From an uncultured Nitriliruptoraceae bacterium (GTDB lineage Bacteria; Actinomycetota; Nitriliruptoria; Nitriliruptorales; Nitriliruptoraceae): a stretch of DNA of 32,000 bases. Made by a program: the position numbers and the translations under genes. Below are positions 17,717 through 27,128 of the stretch, one piece after another. The notes beneath the pieces were generated by a model. That model had not been told where the DNA came from. It was given only the letters and a program-made list of their open reading frames with translations, and searched no databases. The stretch is from positions 2,389,136-2,421,135 of the forward strand of contig OY968778.1 of assembly GCA_963695235.1 (NCBI GenBank), read 5' to 3'. The stretch's first letter is position 1. Each line of letters opens with the position of its first letter.

Positions 17717-17748
17717 GCGAGAACCTGGAAGCATCTCCAGGTTCTCGC
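17717..17748. terminator. Palindromic element 2: perfect 13-bp stem, 6-nt loop, same stem sequence as element 1
   Basis: GCGAGAACCTGGA (17717-17729), loop agcatc, TCCAGGTTCTCGC (17736-17748). Ends 9 nt from the glnA stop codon (17758-17760). Confidence 0.6.
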
Positions 17749-17757
17749 GTCCGCCCG

Positions 17758-19191
<1,434 letters not shown>

Positions 19192-19411
19192 CTTCTCGCT
19201 CCTCGTGTGGTGTATGTGGCAGGTGGACGAGGCGCCCGCAGCCGACGCGGCCCGGCGTCCGCCGGGTCACCGAGGTGCCTCGCCGCAGCGTCGGGCCGCG
19301 GTTGGGACTCGGCGGGGCGCCCCGCCCGTCTCGTGCGACCTGCCGGCCCCACGGGACATCTCCTGCGGCGCGGACGCTACGAGCACGCTGTGCCGCCGGC
19401 ATGTCCCGTCC

Positions 19412-19427
19412 GTTACGGGCGTGTTAC
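19412..19427. promoter_or_regulatory. GTTAC-n6-GTTAC direct repeat (weak GlnR-box candidate) upstream of glnA
   Basis: GTTAC at 19412-19416 and 19423-19427, read as GTAAC-n6-GTAAC on the glnA strand. About 220-235 nt upstream of the glnA start, within the 327-bp glnA/mscS divergent region. Confidence 0.25.
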
Positions 19428-19518
19428 ACGGCCGACCCTGGCACCCCCCCGGACGGACCGAGCAGGGTCCCGTTAGCCTGCCACGGACGCGACGCCGCAC
19501 ACGACGGTTGGGAACCCG

Positions 19519-20670
19519 GTGGACGACTCGACCCTACTCGCTGTCACGGGGGAGGACGGCCTGCCCACCTTCGAGGACGCGGCCGATGGCTTGACCGACC
19601 TGCTGGCGCCCTACGTGCCCGACCGGCTCGAGTTCCTGGTCTCCAACCTCGTCTCCCCGGGCCTCACCATCCTGCTGATCCTCGTGCTGGCCGTCGTCCT
19701 GTCGAGCCTGGCGAAGCGAGGCATCCGACGGCTCGTCGGTCGGATGCGCTCCGCCGAACGTCCCGACCGTCGGTGGCGCGGGCGCATCGGGCTCGACGAT
19801 GCGATCGAGACCGACCTGCGCAGGGCGCAGCGGGCGGATGCCCTCGGTGCGGTCGCTCGCAGCGCGGCGGTGGTCGTGATCTGGTCGATGGCGCTCATCA
19901 TGGCGCTGGGTCAGATCGGTCTCCAGCTCGGCCCTCTGATCGCCGGGGCCGGGATCATCGGCGTGGCCGTCGGGTTCGGAGCCCAGGATCTCGTGAAGGA
20001 CTTCCTCTCCGGCGTGTTCATGCTCGTCGAGGACCAGTACGGCGTCGGAGACATCATCGACGCGGGCGAGGCGTCCGGTGTCGTCGAGGGCATCACGCTC
20101 CGCTCGACCCGCATCCGTGACGTGAACGGCACCCTCTGGCACGTGCCGAACGGCGAGATCCGACGTGTCGGGAACATGAGCCAGGGCTGGGCGCGGGCCC
20201 TGCTGGACGTCAGCGTCGCCTACGGCACGGATGTCGACCTCGCCACGCAGGTGATCGACCGGGTGGCGGTCACGATGGCGCACGAGGACGGCTTCGCGGA
20301 GCTGTTCCTCGAGGATCCGGAGGTGTGGGGCGTCGAGCGGTTGGGAGCCGACGGCATCGACATCCGACTGGTCATCAAGGTCGTCCCCGGCAAGCAATGG
20401 GCCATCGCCCGCGAGCTCCGTCGCAGGGTGAAGGTGGCGCTCGACGACGCAGGCGTCGAGATCCCCTTCCCACAGCGGACCGTCTGGCTGCGCACGGAGC
20501 GGCCGGTCGCAGTGGGAGACGAGGGCACACCGACGTTCGAGCCGGCCGGTCGTGTACGAGCCACGACTCCCGCGACGACCGGCCCCGGCGGCCAGGACGC
20601 CACGCGGGTGCGCGGCGAGTACGACGACGTGCAGGAGGAGGTCGTGCGTTCCGACGACGAGCTGCGCTGA
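19519..20670 (+). CDS. MscS-family mechanosensitive ion channel
   Basis: 383 aa with N-terminal TM helices, then GAQDLVKDFLSGVFMLVEDQYGVGDIID and the beta-domain (ITLRSTRIRDVNGTLWHVPNGEI). The GTG start at 19519 is not independently supported. Confidence 0.85.
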   Translation: MDDSTLLAVTGEDGLPTFEDAADGLTDLLAPYVPDRLEFLVSNLVSPGLTILLILVLAVVLSSLAKRGIRRLVGRMRSAERPDRRWRGRIGLDDAIETDLRRAQRADALGAVARSAAVVVIWSMALIMALGQIGLQLGPLIAGAGIIGVAVGFGAQDLVKDFLSGVFMLVEDQYGVGDIIDAGEASGVVEGITLRSTRIRDVNGTLWHVPNGEIRRVGNMSQGWARALLDVSVAYGTDVDLATQVIDRVAVTMAHEDGFAELFLEDPEVWGVERLGADGIDIRLVIKVVPGKQWAIARELRRRVKVALDDAGVEIPFPQRTVWLRTERPVAVGDEGTPTFEPAGRVRATTPATTGPGGQDATRVRGEYDDVQEEVVRSDDELR

Positions 20671-20690
20671 CCGCAGCCGACGCCTGGTGA

Positions 20691-21710
20691 TCAGGCGCCG
20701 GGTTGCCCGGGCGAGGGCGCCCACGCCTTGGCGTCGATCGCCTGCTGGCCGGCGTGATAGCTGGAGCGGACCATCGGCCCGGCCTCGATGTGCGCGAACC
20801 CCAGCTCCACCTCGCCGTAGGTGCGGAACGCGGCGAACGTCTCCGGCGTGACGTACCGGTCCAGGTGCAGGTGCTGCGACGAGGGCTGGAGGTACTGCCC
20901 GATCGTGAGGGTGTCCACCCCGGCGGCACGCAGGTCCCGCATGCAGGCGTAGACCTCCGCGTCCGTCTCGCCCATGCCGAGGATCAGGTTGGACTTCACG
21001 GCCGTGGTCGCCGGGAACCGGGCGCGTGCGAGTGCCAGGAACGCGAGGCCACGGTCGTAGTCGAAGGCGGGCCTGATGACGGGGAACAGCCGGCGGGTCG
21101 TCTCGAGGTTGAAGGCGAACACGTCGGGCTCGGCCGCGACGACCTGCTCGAGCGCCAGTGCACCCCGGGTGGGCTCCTGGCCGTAGCCGAAGTCGCTCGG
21201 CAGTACCTCGACGCCGACCTCGGGTGTTCGCGAGCGGATCTGACGGATCGTCTCGGCGACCAGCCAGGCGCCACCGTCGTCGAGGTCGTCACGCGCCACC
21301 ATGGTCACGACCGCGAAGCGCAGGCCGAGGTGCTCGACGGCCTCGGCGACCCGGCGCGGCTCGTCCACGTCGTAGCCCTTGGGCTTGCCCGTCTTGATCT
21401 GGCAGAAGCCGCAGCGGCGGGTGCAGTCCTCGCCTCCGATGAGGAAGGTCGCCTCGCGCATCTCCCAGCACTCGTAGATGTTCGGGCAGGCCGCCTGGGC
21501 GCAGACCGTGTTGAGCTCGAGCCCCTCCATCAACCGTGTCACGTCGGTGAAGTTGCTGCCGTAGGAGGCCTTCACCTTGAGCCAGTCGGGCTTGCGGCCG
21601 GCAGGCAACGAGGTGTCCACCGTGCGACGGACGACCCCGGCGCGCTGGACGCGCTCCTTGCCGAGGACGGCGAGCGTGCGGGCCCCCTCCGGGATCACGG
21701 GCTCGGTCAC
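20691..21710 (-). CDS. lipA: Lipoyl synthase (radical SAM)
   Basis: 339 aa from GTG 21710. N-terminal cluster motif CAQAACPNIYEC and radical-SAM motif CTRRCGFC. Start overlaps the lipB stop (GTGA, 21707-21710). The track ORF start at 21875 lies inside lipB. Confidence 0.93.
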   Translation of the reverse strand: MTEPVIPEGARTLAVLGKERVQRAGVVRRTVDTSLPAGRKPDWLKVKASYGSNFTDVTRLMEGLELNTVCAQAACPNIYECWEMREATFLIGGEDCTRRCGFCQIKTGKPKGYDVDEPRRVAEAVEHLGLRFAVVTMVARDDLDDGGAWLVAETIRQIRSRTPEVGVEVLPSDFGYGQEPTRGALALEQVVAAEPDVFAFNLETTRRLFPVIRPAFDYDRGLAFLALARARFPATTAVKSNLILGMGETDAEVYACMRDLRAAGVDTLTIGQYLQPSSQHLHLDRYVTPETFAAFRTYGEVELGFAHIEAGPMVRSSYHAGQQAIDAKAWAPSPGQPGA

Positions 21711-22444
21711 GAGGCAGCCTTGTGGACGTCGAGGAGGTGCAGGTCGGACAGGGGTTCGAGGGTAGCCCCGAGCACGTCGGCGGCTGCACGCTCGACGGCG
21801 TCGACGACGGCTGGCATGGCGACCTCCACACCCAGGCTGGCGAGCGAGCAGACCCCGCGGTCGACGATCCCGCACGGGACGATGCCGTCGAAGTGGGCGA
21901 GATCGGGTGCGACGTTGAGTGCGAAGCCGTGCGATGTCACCCCGCCCGTCGCGACCCGCACCCCGATCGCCGCGATCTTCGCCCCACCGACCCAGACCCC
22001 GGTGAAGCCGGGTGAGCGGCCAGCCGCCACGTCGAAGGTCGCGAGCGCCCGGATCAGCAGCTCCTCCAGCGCCCGGACGTAGTCGACGACACCACGGATC
22101 GACGCGAGCCGCACGATCGGGTAGCCCACCAGCTGCCCCGGGCCGTGATAGGTGACGTCGCCCCCGCGATCGACCTCGACGAGCTCGATCCCGTGACGGG
22201 CGCGCTCGGCCGCGTCGAAGAGCACGTGTGACCGGTCGGTCCGCTTGCCGAGCGTGTACACGGGCGGGTGCTCGAGCAGGAGGAGCACGTCCCGACCGAG
22301 ACCGTCCTGGCGTCGCGCCACGAGGCGCCGCTGCACCTCCCAGGCATCGAGGTAGGGCACGAGGCCGAGGTCCACCACGGCCAGGGGCAGGTCCGCCTCC
22401 GCACGCAGCGAGGCCGCCGACGGGCGCTGGCTCCCCGGCGCCAT
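21707..22444 (-). CDS. lipB: Octanoyltransferase (lipoyl(octanoyl) transferase)
   Basis: 245 aa from ATG 22444. RGGDVTYHGPGQLVGYPI and PCGI motifs. ATG overlaps the sucB stop (ATGA, 22442-22446). Confidence 0.9.
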   Translation of the reverse strand: MAPGSQRPSAASLRAEADLPLAVVDLGLVPYLDAWEVQRRLVARRQDGLGRDVLLLLEHPPVYTLGKRTDRSHVLFDAAERARHGIELVEVDRGGDVTYHGPGQLVGYPIVRLASIRGVVDYVRALEELLIRALATFDVAAGRSPGFTGVWVGGAKIAAIGVRVATGGVTSHGFALNVAPDLAHFDGIVPCGIVDRGVCSLASLGVEVAMPAVVDAVERAAADVLGATLEPLSDLHLLDVHKAAS

Positions 22445-23817
22445 CAGACCCCCAGTTCGGGACCGAAGTCGTGGGTCTGCAGCACGTAGCGCAGGTCCTG
22501 GAGGAAGCGCGCGGCGTCCGCTCCGTCGAGCATGCGGTGGTCGTAGGACATGCAGAGGTAGGTCATCCACCTGATCGCGATCGAGTCTCCGTAGTCGTCC
22601 GACACCACGACGGGGCGCTTCTCGATCGCGGCTGCCGCCAGGATCGCGACCTCCGGCGGGTTGAGGATCGGGGTGTCGAACAACGTGCCGACGGAGCCCG
22701 TGTTGGTCACCGTGAAGGTCCCCCCCGAGATCTCGTCGGGTGTGAGCTTGCGGTTGCGGGCTCGGGTCGCGAGGTCCGCGATGCGCCCGGCGATCCCCGG
22801 GACCGTCAGGTCCTGGGCATCCTTGATGTTGGGCACGAGCAGTCCGCGTTCCGTGTCCACCGCGATGCCGAGGTTGATGGCGCGGTGGAAGGTCGCCGTG
22901 CCGGCCTCCATGTCCATGGAAGAGTTCACCACCGGGTGGCGCGGGAGGACCATGCACACCGCCCGGGCGATGATCGGCAGCGGTGAGAGACCCGCGCCGT
23001 GCGCGGCGCGGAACGCATCCTTCTTCGCCGTCCGGAGGTTCATGACGTTGGTCATGTCGACCTCGACGGCGGCGGTCAGCTGCGCCGTGGTCTGCAGCGA
23101 CTCCATCATCGCCCGGGCGATGGCCTTGCGGACCCGCGACAACTCCTGGGTGACGGTGCGCTGGCCGCCGAAGTCGATCTGCGTCGGCGAGGCCGGTGGC
23201 CGTGCCGGGTCGTCGGGAGCCGACGGAGCCGGCGACGACGGGCGGGTACCAGCCGGTGCGTCCGGGGCCGAGCCGCCGGCGGCGACGGCGCGCTCCGCGT
23301 CGGCACGGGTGATGCGACCTCCCGGTCCGCTGCCCCGCACGTCGTCGGCTGGGAGCCCGGCCTCGCGCAGCAGGCGGCGGACGAGCGGCGAGGTCAGCAC
23401 GCGACGGCCTGCGTCCGGGCCGGTGTCGTCCGATCCCGCGTCCGCGGTGGAGGCGCTGTCGCGGCCGTCGTCGTCGGCGTCCTTCGCGGCCTCGGCGTCC
23501 TCGTCGGTGTCTGCCTCGGTCTCGTCGGCTGCGCCGTCGGTCGTTCCGGTGCCTGCGTCGGTGTCCTTGGTGGGGGTGTCGGAGGCGTCTCCGATGACGG
23601 CGATGACCTGGCCGACCTCGATGGTGTCGTCGACGTCGGCGCGGAGCTCGGTGACGGTGCCTGCGATGGGGGAGGGGATCTCGGTGTCGACCTTGTCGGT
23701 GGAGATCTCGACGATGGGTTGGTCGACGGTGACCTCGTCGCCGACCTCGACGAGCCAGGCGGTGATGACGCCTTCGGTGACGGATTCTCCCAGCTGGGGC
23801 AGCTCGACCTCGGCCAC
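22444..23817 (-). CDS. sucB: Dihydrolipoyllysine-residue acyl(succinyl/acetyl)transferase E2, single lipoyl domain
   Basis: 457 aa from GTG 23817 (AGGAG upstream). Lipoyl domain with the EISTDKV lipoyl-Lys codon at 23692-23694, acidic linker, E3-binding domain (TSPLVRRLLREAGL...GSGPGGRITRAD), and catalytic domain with DHRMLDG. The track ORF (850 aa) runs into lpd as shadow sequence. Confidence 0.92.
   Translation of the reverse strand: MAEVELPQLGESVTEGVITAWLVEVGDEVTVDQPIVEISTDKVDTEIPSPIAGTVTELRADVDDTIEVGQVIAVIGDASDTPTKDTDAGTGTTDGAADETEADTDEDAEAAKDADDDGRDSASTADAGSDDTGPDAGRRVLTSPLVRRLLREAGLPADDVRGSGPGGRITRADAERAVAAGGSAPDAPAGTRPSSPAPSAPDDPARPPASPTQIDFGGQRTVTQELSRVRKAIARAMMESLQTTAQLTAAVEVDMTNVMNLRTAKKDAFRAAHGAGLSPLPIIARAVCMVLPRHPVVNSSMDMEAGTATFHRAINLGIAVDTERGLLVPNIKDAQDLTVPGIAGRIADLATRARNRKLTPDEISGGTFTVTNTGSVGTLFDTPILNPPEVAILAAAAIEKRPVVVSDDYGDSIAIRWMTYLCMSYDHRMLDGADAARFLQDLRYVLQTHDFGPELGV
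23437..23817 (-). repeat. Direct repeat copy A (lipoyl domain + acidic linker, 5' end of sucB)
   Basis: Base-by-base comparison with 25338-25718 (offset 1901) gives 378/381 identical. Mismatches at 23477, 23534 and 23552. Confidence 0.95.
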
Positions 23818-23870
23818 TTCGGTGCGCTCCTGCTCGGTACGGGGTGGGGGCTCGTCGTGTCGGTGGGCGG

Positions 23871-25718
23871 TCAGCCGTGCAGGGCGCGACCGGCCAACGC
23901 GAGGTGGGCCTCGCCGATGGCCTCGCTGAACGACGGGTGCGCGTGGATCAGGTGGGCGACCTCGGTGGGCAACGCCTCCCAGTTGTAGATCAGTTGTGCC
24001 TCCGCGATCAGGTCGGTGGCCCGTGGACCGACGATGTGGACACCGAGGACACGACCGGCACCGCCCTCGGCGTCGTCGTCCTTCTCCGCGACGAGCTTGA
24101 CCATGCCGGTCGCCTTCACCATCGCCGCGCGCCCCAACGCCTGGAACGGGTAGCGCTCGACGACGACGTCGAAGCCGGACTCCTTCGCTGCCGCCTCGGT
24201 GTAGCCGACGGACGCGACCTCGGGGTGCGAGTAGGTGACCTTCGGGACGCCGCGGTAGTCGATGGGCGCCACGTCGAGCCCGGCGAGCTGGTCGGCCACG
24301 AGGAAGCCCTCGGCGAACGAGGCGTGCGCCAGACCCAGGGTGGGGATCACGTCGCCGACCGCCCAGATGCCCTCGACGTCCGTGCGGCAGTACTCGTCCA
24401 CCACCACGAAGCCACGATCGGTCGCCACGCCAGCCGCATCGAGCCCGGCTCCCTCGGTGACGGGCGCGCGGCCGACGGCGACGAGCAGCACGTCGGCGGT
24501 GACCTCCTCGGTGCCCTTGCCGGTGTCGATCGTGCAGGTGACACCGTCGTCGGAGACGCTGACGTCGGTCATCTTGACGCCGGTCATGGTGCCGATGTCG
24601 CGCTTGCGGAACGCGCGCGCGATCTCCTTGGACGCGTCGGCGTCCTCGAGCGGCAGCAGACGGTCCTCGAGCTCGACGACGGTGACGTCGACGCCGAACG
24701 CCGACCACGCGGTCGCGAACTCCATGCCGACGGCGCCCGAGCCGAGGACCAGCGCGGAGCCCGGCAGCTCCTGGAGGTGCAGGGCGTGGTCCGAGGAGAG
24801 CACCCGCTCGCCGTCGAACGGTGCGAACGGCAGCTCGCGTGGCGTCGAGCCCGTCGCGACCACGATCGCCGGCGCCGAGAGGGTGCGCGTGCCGTCGTCG
24901 GTCTCGACCTCGACCGTGTTCGGGCCGGTCAAGCGGCCGGTGCCGAGGATCGTCTCGATGCCGCGACTCTTCAGCGCGCCCTGGAGGCCCTTCCACATCT
25001 TGTCGACGACGGCGTCCTTGTGGGCGTTGAGTGCCGCCACCTCGATGCCGTGGTAGTCGAGGGCGACGCCGAAGTCGGCGGCGTCCTGGGCCGCTTCGGC
25101 GACCTCGGCCGTCTGCAGCACCGCCTTCGTGGGGATGCAGCCCCAGTGCAGGCAGGTGCCGCCCACCTTGTCGCGCTCGATCAGGGCCACCTCGAGGCCG
25201 AGCTGCGCCGCACGCAGGGCCGTCGAGTACCCGCCGGTGCCTGCCCCGAGGACGATGACGTCGACGTCGTGCCCCTCGCCCTTCTGCACGCGGCCGCCGC
25301 GCGGTGCATCGGCGGGAGCCGGGGGCGGGCCGGTCGGCGCGTCCGCGGTGGAGGCGCTGTCGCGGCCGTCGTCGTCGTCGTCCTTCGCGGCCTCGGCGTC
25401 CTCGTCGGTGTCTGCCTCGGTCTCGTCGGCTGCGTCGTCGGTCGTTCCGGTGTCTGCGTCGGTGTCCTTGGTGGGGGTGTCGGAGGCGTCTCCGATGACG
25501 GCGATGACCTGGCCGACCTCGATGGTGTCGTCGACGTCGGCGCGGAGCTCGGTGACGGTGCCTGCGATGGGGGAGGGGATCTCGGTGTCGACCTTGTCGG
25601 TGGAGATCTCGACGATGGGTTGGTCGACGGTGACCTCGTCGCCGACCTCGACGAGCCAGGCGGTGATGACGCCTTCGGTGACGGATTCTCCCAGCTGGGG
25701 CAGCTCGACCTCGGCCAC
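23871..25718 (-). CDS. lpd: Dihydrolipoyl dehydrogenase (E3) with N-terminal lipoyl domain fusion
   Basis: 615 aa from GTG 25718 (GAGGAG upstream). Residues 1-~77 form a lipoyl domain (EISTDKV, Lys codon 25593-25595), followed by a D/E/T-rich linker. The classical E3 follows: [11 protein letters not shown], the redox disulfide [13 protein letters not shown], the NAD-binding motif [11 protein letters not shown], and a C-terminal HAHPSFSE. Confidence 0.92.
   Translation of the reverse strand: MAEVELPQLGESVTEGVITAWLVEVGDEVTVDQPIVEISTDKVDTEIPSPIAGTVTELRADVDDTIEVGQVIAVIGDASDTPTKDTDADTGTTDDAADETEADTDEDAEAAKDDDDDGRDSASTADAPTGPPPAPADAPRGGRVQKGEGHDVDVIVLGAGTGGYSTALRAAQLGLEVALIERDKVGGTCLHWGCIPTKAVLQTAEVAEAAQDAADFGVALDYHGIEVAALNAHKDAVVDKMWKGLQGALKSRGIETILGTGRLTGPNTVEVETDDGTRTLSAPAIVVATGSTPRELPFAPFDGERVLSSDHALHLQELPGSALVLGSGAVGMEFATAWSAFGVDVTVVELEDRLLPLEDADASKEIARAFRKRDIGTMTGVKMTDVSVSDDGVTCTIDTGKGTEEVTADVLLVAVGRAPVTEGAGLDAAGVATDRGFVVVDEYCRTDVEGIWAVGDVIPTLGLAHASFAEGFLVADQLAGLDVAPIDYRGVPKVTYSHPEVASVGYTEAAAKESGFDVVVERYPFQALGRAAMVKATGMVKLVAEKDDDAEGGAGRVLGVHIVGPRATDLIAEAQLIYNWEALPTEVAHLIHAHPSFSEAIGEAHLALAGRALHG
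25338..25718 (-). repeat. Direct repeat copy B (lipoyl domain + acidic linker, 5' end of lpd)
   Basis: 378/381 identical to 23437-23817. Identity ends exactly at the shared GTG start codon: upstream flanks differ (ggtggcagg vs ttcggtgcg). Confidence 0.95.
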
Positions 25719-25991
25719 GGTGGCAGGCTCCTCGTCGGTGCAGGGTGTCGGTGCAGGGTGCGGGGCGCGGTGCAGGTGCGGGTCGCGGGGTCGGCGGGAG
25801 GCGTCGACCGCGTAGACCGCGACGCTAGCGGACCCTCGGCAGGGTCGCGTGCCCCGACAGGGGGCTGACGGCTACCGTTCCCGACCGTGTCGCGCGGTCC
25901 ACGGCCGGATGGTCGCGGCACCGTGCCCACCTCCACGGCGGTGCTCCCTGAGGGCCCGGCACGGCCGCCGCCTCGACCCGCGGAGCAGCTC

Positions 25992-27128
25992 GTGACCGAC
26001 CGATCGCGACCGACCGCACTGACCGACGCGCACCGCCGCGCCGGCGCCAAGCTGGGCGGGTTCGCCGGCTGGGAGATGCCCCTGCGGTTCGCGGGGACGC
26101 TGGCGGAGCACGCCGCGGTCCGCGAGCACGTCGGGGTGTTCGACGTCTCGCACCTGGGCACCGTCTGGATCGAGGGGGACGACGCGCAGGCCGTCGTCGC
26201 GGCGACGTTAACGAACGACCCGGCCGTCCTCGGGGACGGCGCGTCGCAGTACACGCTGTGCTGCACGGACGACGGCGGCATCGTCGACGACCTGATCGCG
26301 TACCGGCTCGACGCGGCGAGGTGGCTGGTCGTGCCCAACGCCGCGAACACGGCGGCGGTCGTCGACGCCCTGGTCGCGGCCGCGAGCGACCGGGACGCCG
26401 CCGTGCACGACCAGAGCGGCGAGCGGGCCATCCTGGCCGTCCAGGGTCCAGCCGCCTTGCCGCTGGTCGACCGGATCCTTCGGGACCAGGGCGCCGCGAC
26501 GGCAGCGAGCGACGTCGCCCACCTCGGTGTCGTCGACGTCGAGGTGGCCGGCGGGCGCGTGCTCGTGTGCAGGACGGGCTACACGGGCGAGCCGGGCTGT
26601 GAACTGGTGCTGCCGAACGTGCTCGCCGACCGATGGTGGACGGCGCTCGTCGACGCGGGCGCCGTCGCGTGCGGGCTGGCGGCCCGCGACACGTTGCGGC
26701 TGGAGATGGGCTACCCGCTCCACGGCAACGAGTTGTCCGAGGACCACGATCCGTTCGAGGCGCGACTGGCGTGGGCCGTGAAGCTGGACCGGGGAGCGTT
26801 CCGCGGCTCGGAGGCGCTCGCCCGGCGGAAGGCGGCGGGTCCGGTGCGCAGGCTCTGGGGGCTGCGGGTCGACGGCAGGCGCCCGGTTCGTGCGGGCATG
26901 TCGGTCCACTCGGCCGGCTCGGTGGTCGGGACGCTGACCTCGGGGACCCTCTCCCCGACGCTCGGGGTCCCCATCGCGTTGTGCTACCTCGACGTCGCAC
27001 TCTCGCCCGGCGACCGCGTCGACGTCGACCTCCGTGGGACCTCCGTCGGGGCGGAGGTCGTCCGCCCGCCGTTCGTCGACCGCGACCCGCGCGGCACACC
27101 GTCTGCCCCGGCCCGGGCCCACCCATGA
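25992..27128 (+). CDS. gcvT: Glycine cleavage system aminomethyltransferase (T protein)
   Basis: 378 aa from GTG 25992 (GGAG 5 nt upstream). GFAGWEMPLRF, GVFDVSHLG, TGYTGEPGCEL and RDTLRLEMGYPLHGNEL motifs. Confidence 0.92.
   Translation: MTDRSRPTALTDAHRRAGAKLGGFAGWEMPLRFAGTLAEHAAVREHVGVFDVSHLGTVWIEGDDAQAVVAATLTNDPAVLGDGASQYTLCCTDDGGIVDDLIAYRLDAARWLVVPNAANTAAVVDALVAAASDRDAAVHDQSGERAILAVQGPAALPLVDRILRDQGAATAASDVAHLGVVDVEVAGGRVLVCRTGYTGEPGCELVLPNVLADRWWTALVDAGAVACGLAARDTLRLEMGYPLHGNELSEDHDPFEARLAWAVKLDRGAFRGSEALARRKAAGPVRRLWGLRVDGRRPVRAGMSVHSAGSVVGTLTSGTLSPTLGVPIALCYLDVALSPGDRVDVDLRGTSVGAEVVRPPFVDRDPRGTPSAPARAHP

Noticed and set aside
17654-17748. GAAC...GTTC within the palindromes as a LexA/SOS box.
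   Set aside because: The actinobacterial SOS box is TCGAAC-N4-GTTCGA. Here the GAAC and GTTC halves are 14-16 nt apart and the flanks differ.
19192-19518. Small ORFs in the glnA/mscS intergenic region (e.g. 19207-19476 +, 19267-19500 -).
   Set aside because: Arg/Pro/Gly-rich translations, no RBS, and overlapping each other in several frames. The region is more likely 5' UTR/promoter DNA.
20671-20700. Small inverted repeat CGCCTG gtgat CAGGCG between mscS and lipA as a terminator.
   Set aside because: Only a 6-bp stem, it overlaps the lipA stop codon and has no U-tract. Too weak to call.
23440-23560. Short tandem GTC/GTCG-rich periodicity (gtcgtcgtcg, cggtgtc...) as a microsatellite or CRISPR-like repeat.
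   Set aside because: It is the coding sequence of the Asp/Thr/Glu/Ala-rich inter-domain linker on the opposite strand. There is no repeat-spacer organisation.
23437-25718. Reading the sucB/lpd similarity as a tandem whole-gene duplication or a mobile-element insertion.
   Set aside because: Identity covers only the first 381 nt of each gene, and the remaining gene bodies are unrelated (E2 catalytic domain versus E3 flavoprotein). No transposase, inverted terminal repeats or target-site duplication were seen.
25719-25991. Possible glycine riboswitch upstream of gcvT.
   Set aside because: I could not find the conserved aptamer cores as I recall them (GGAGAG ... ACCGAAGGGGCAA ... CUCAGGCAAAAGGAC-like) on the gcvT strand. 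A covariance-model scan (Rfam RF00504) would be the decisive test.
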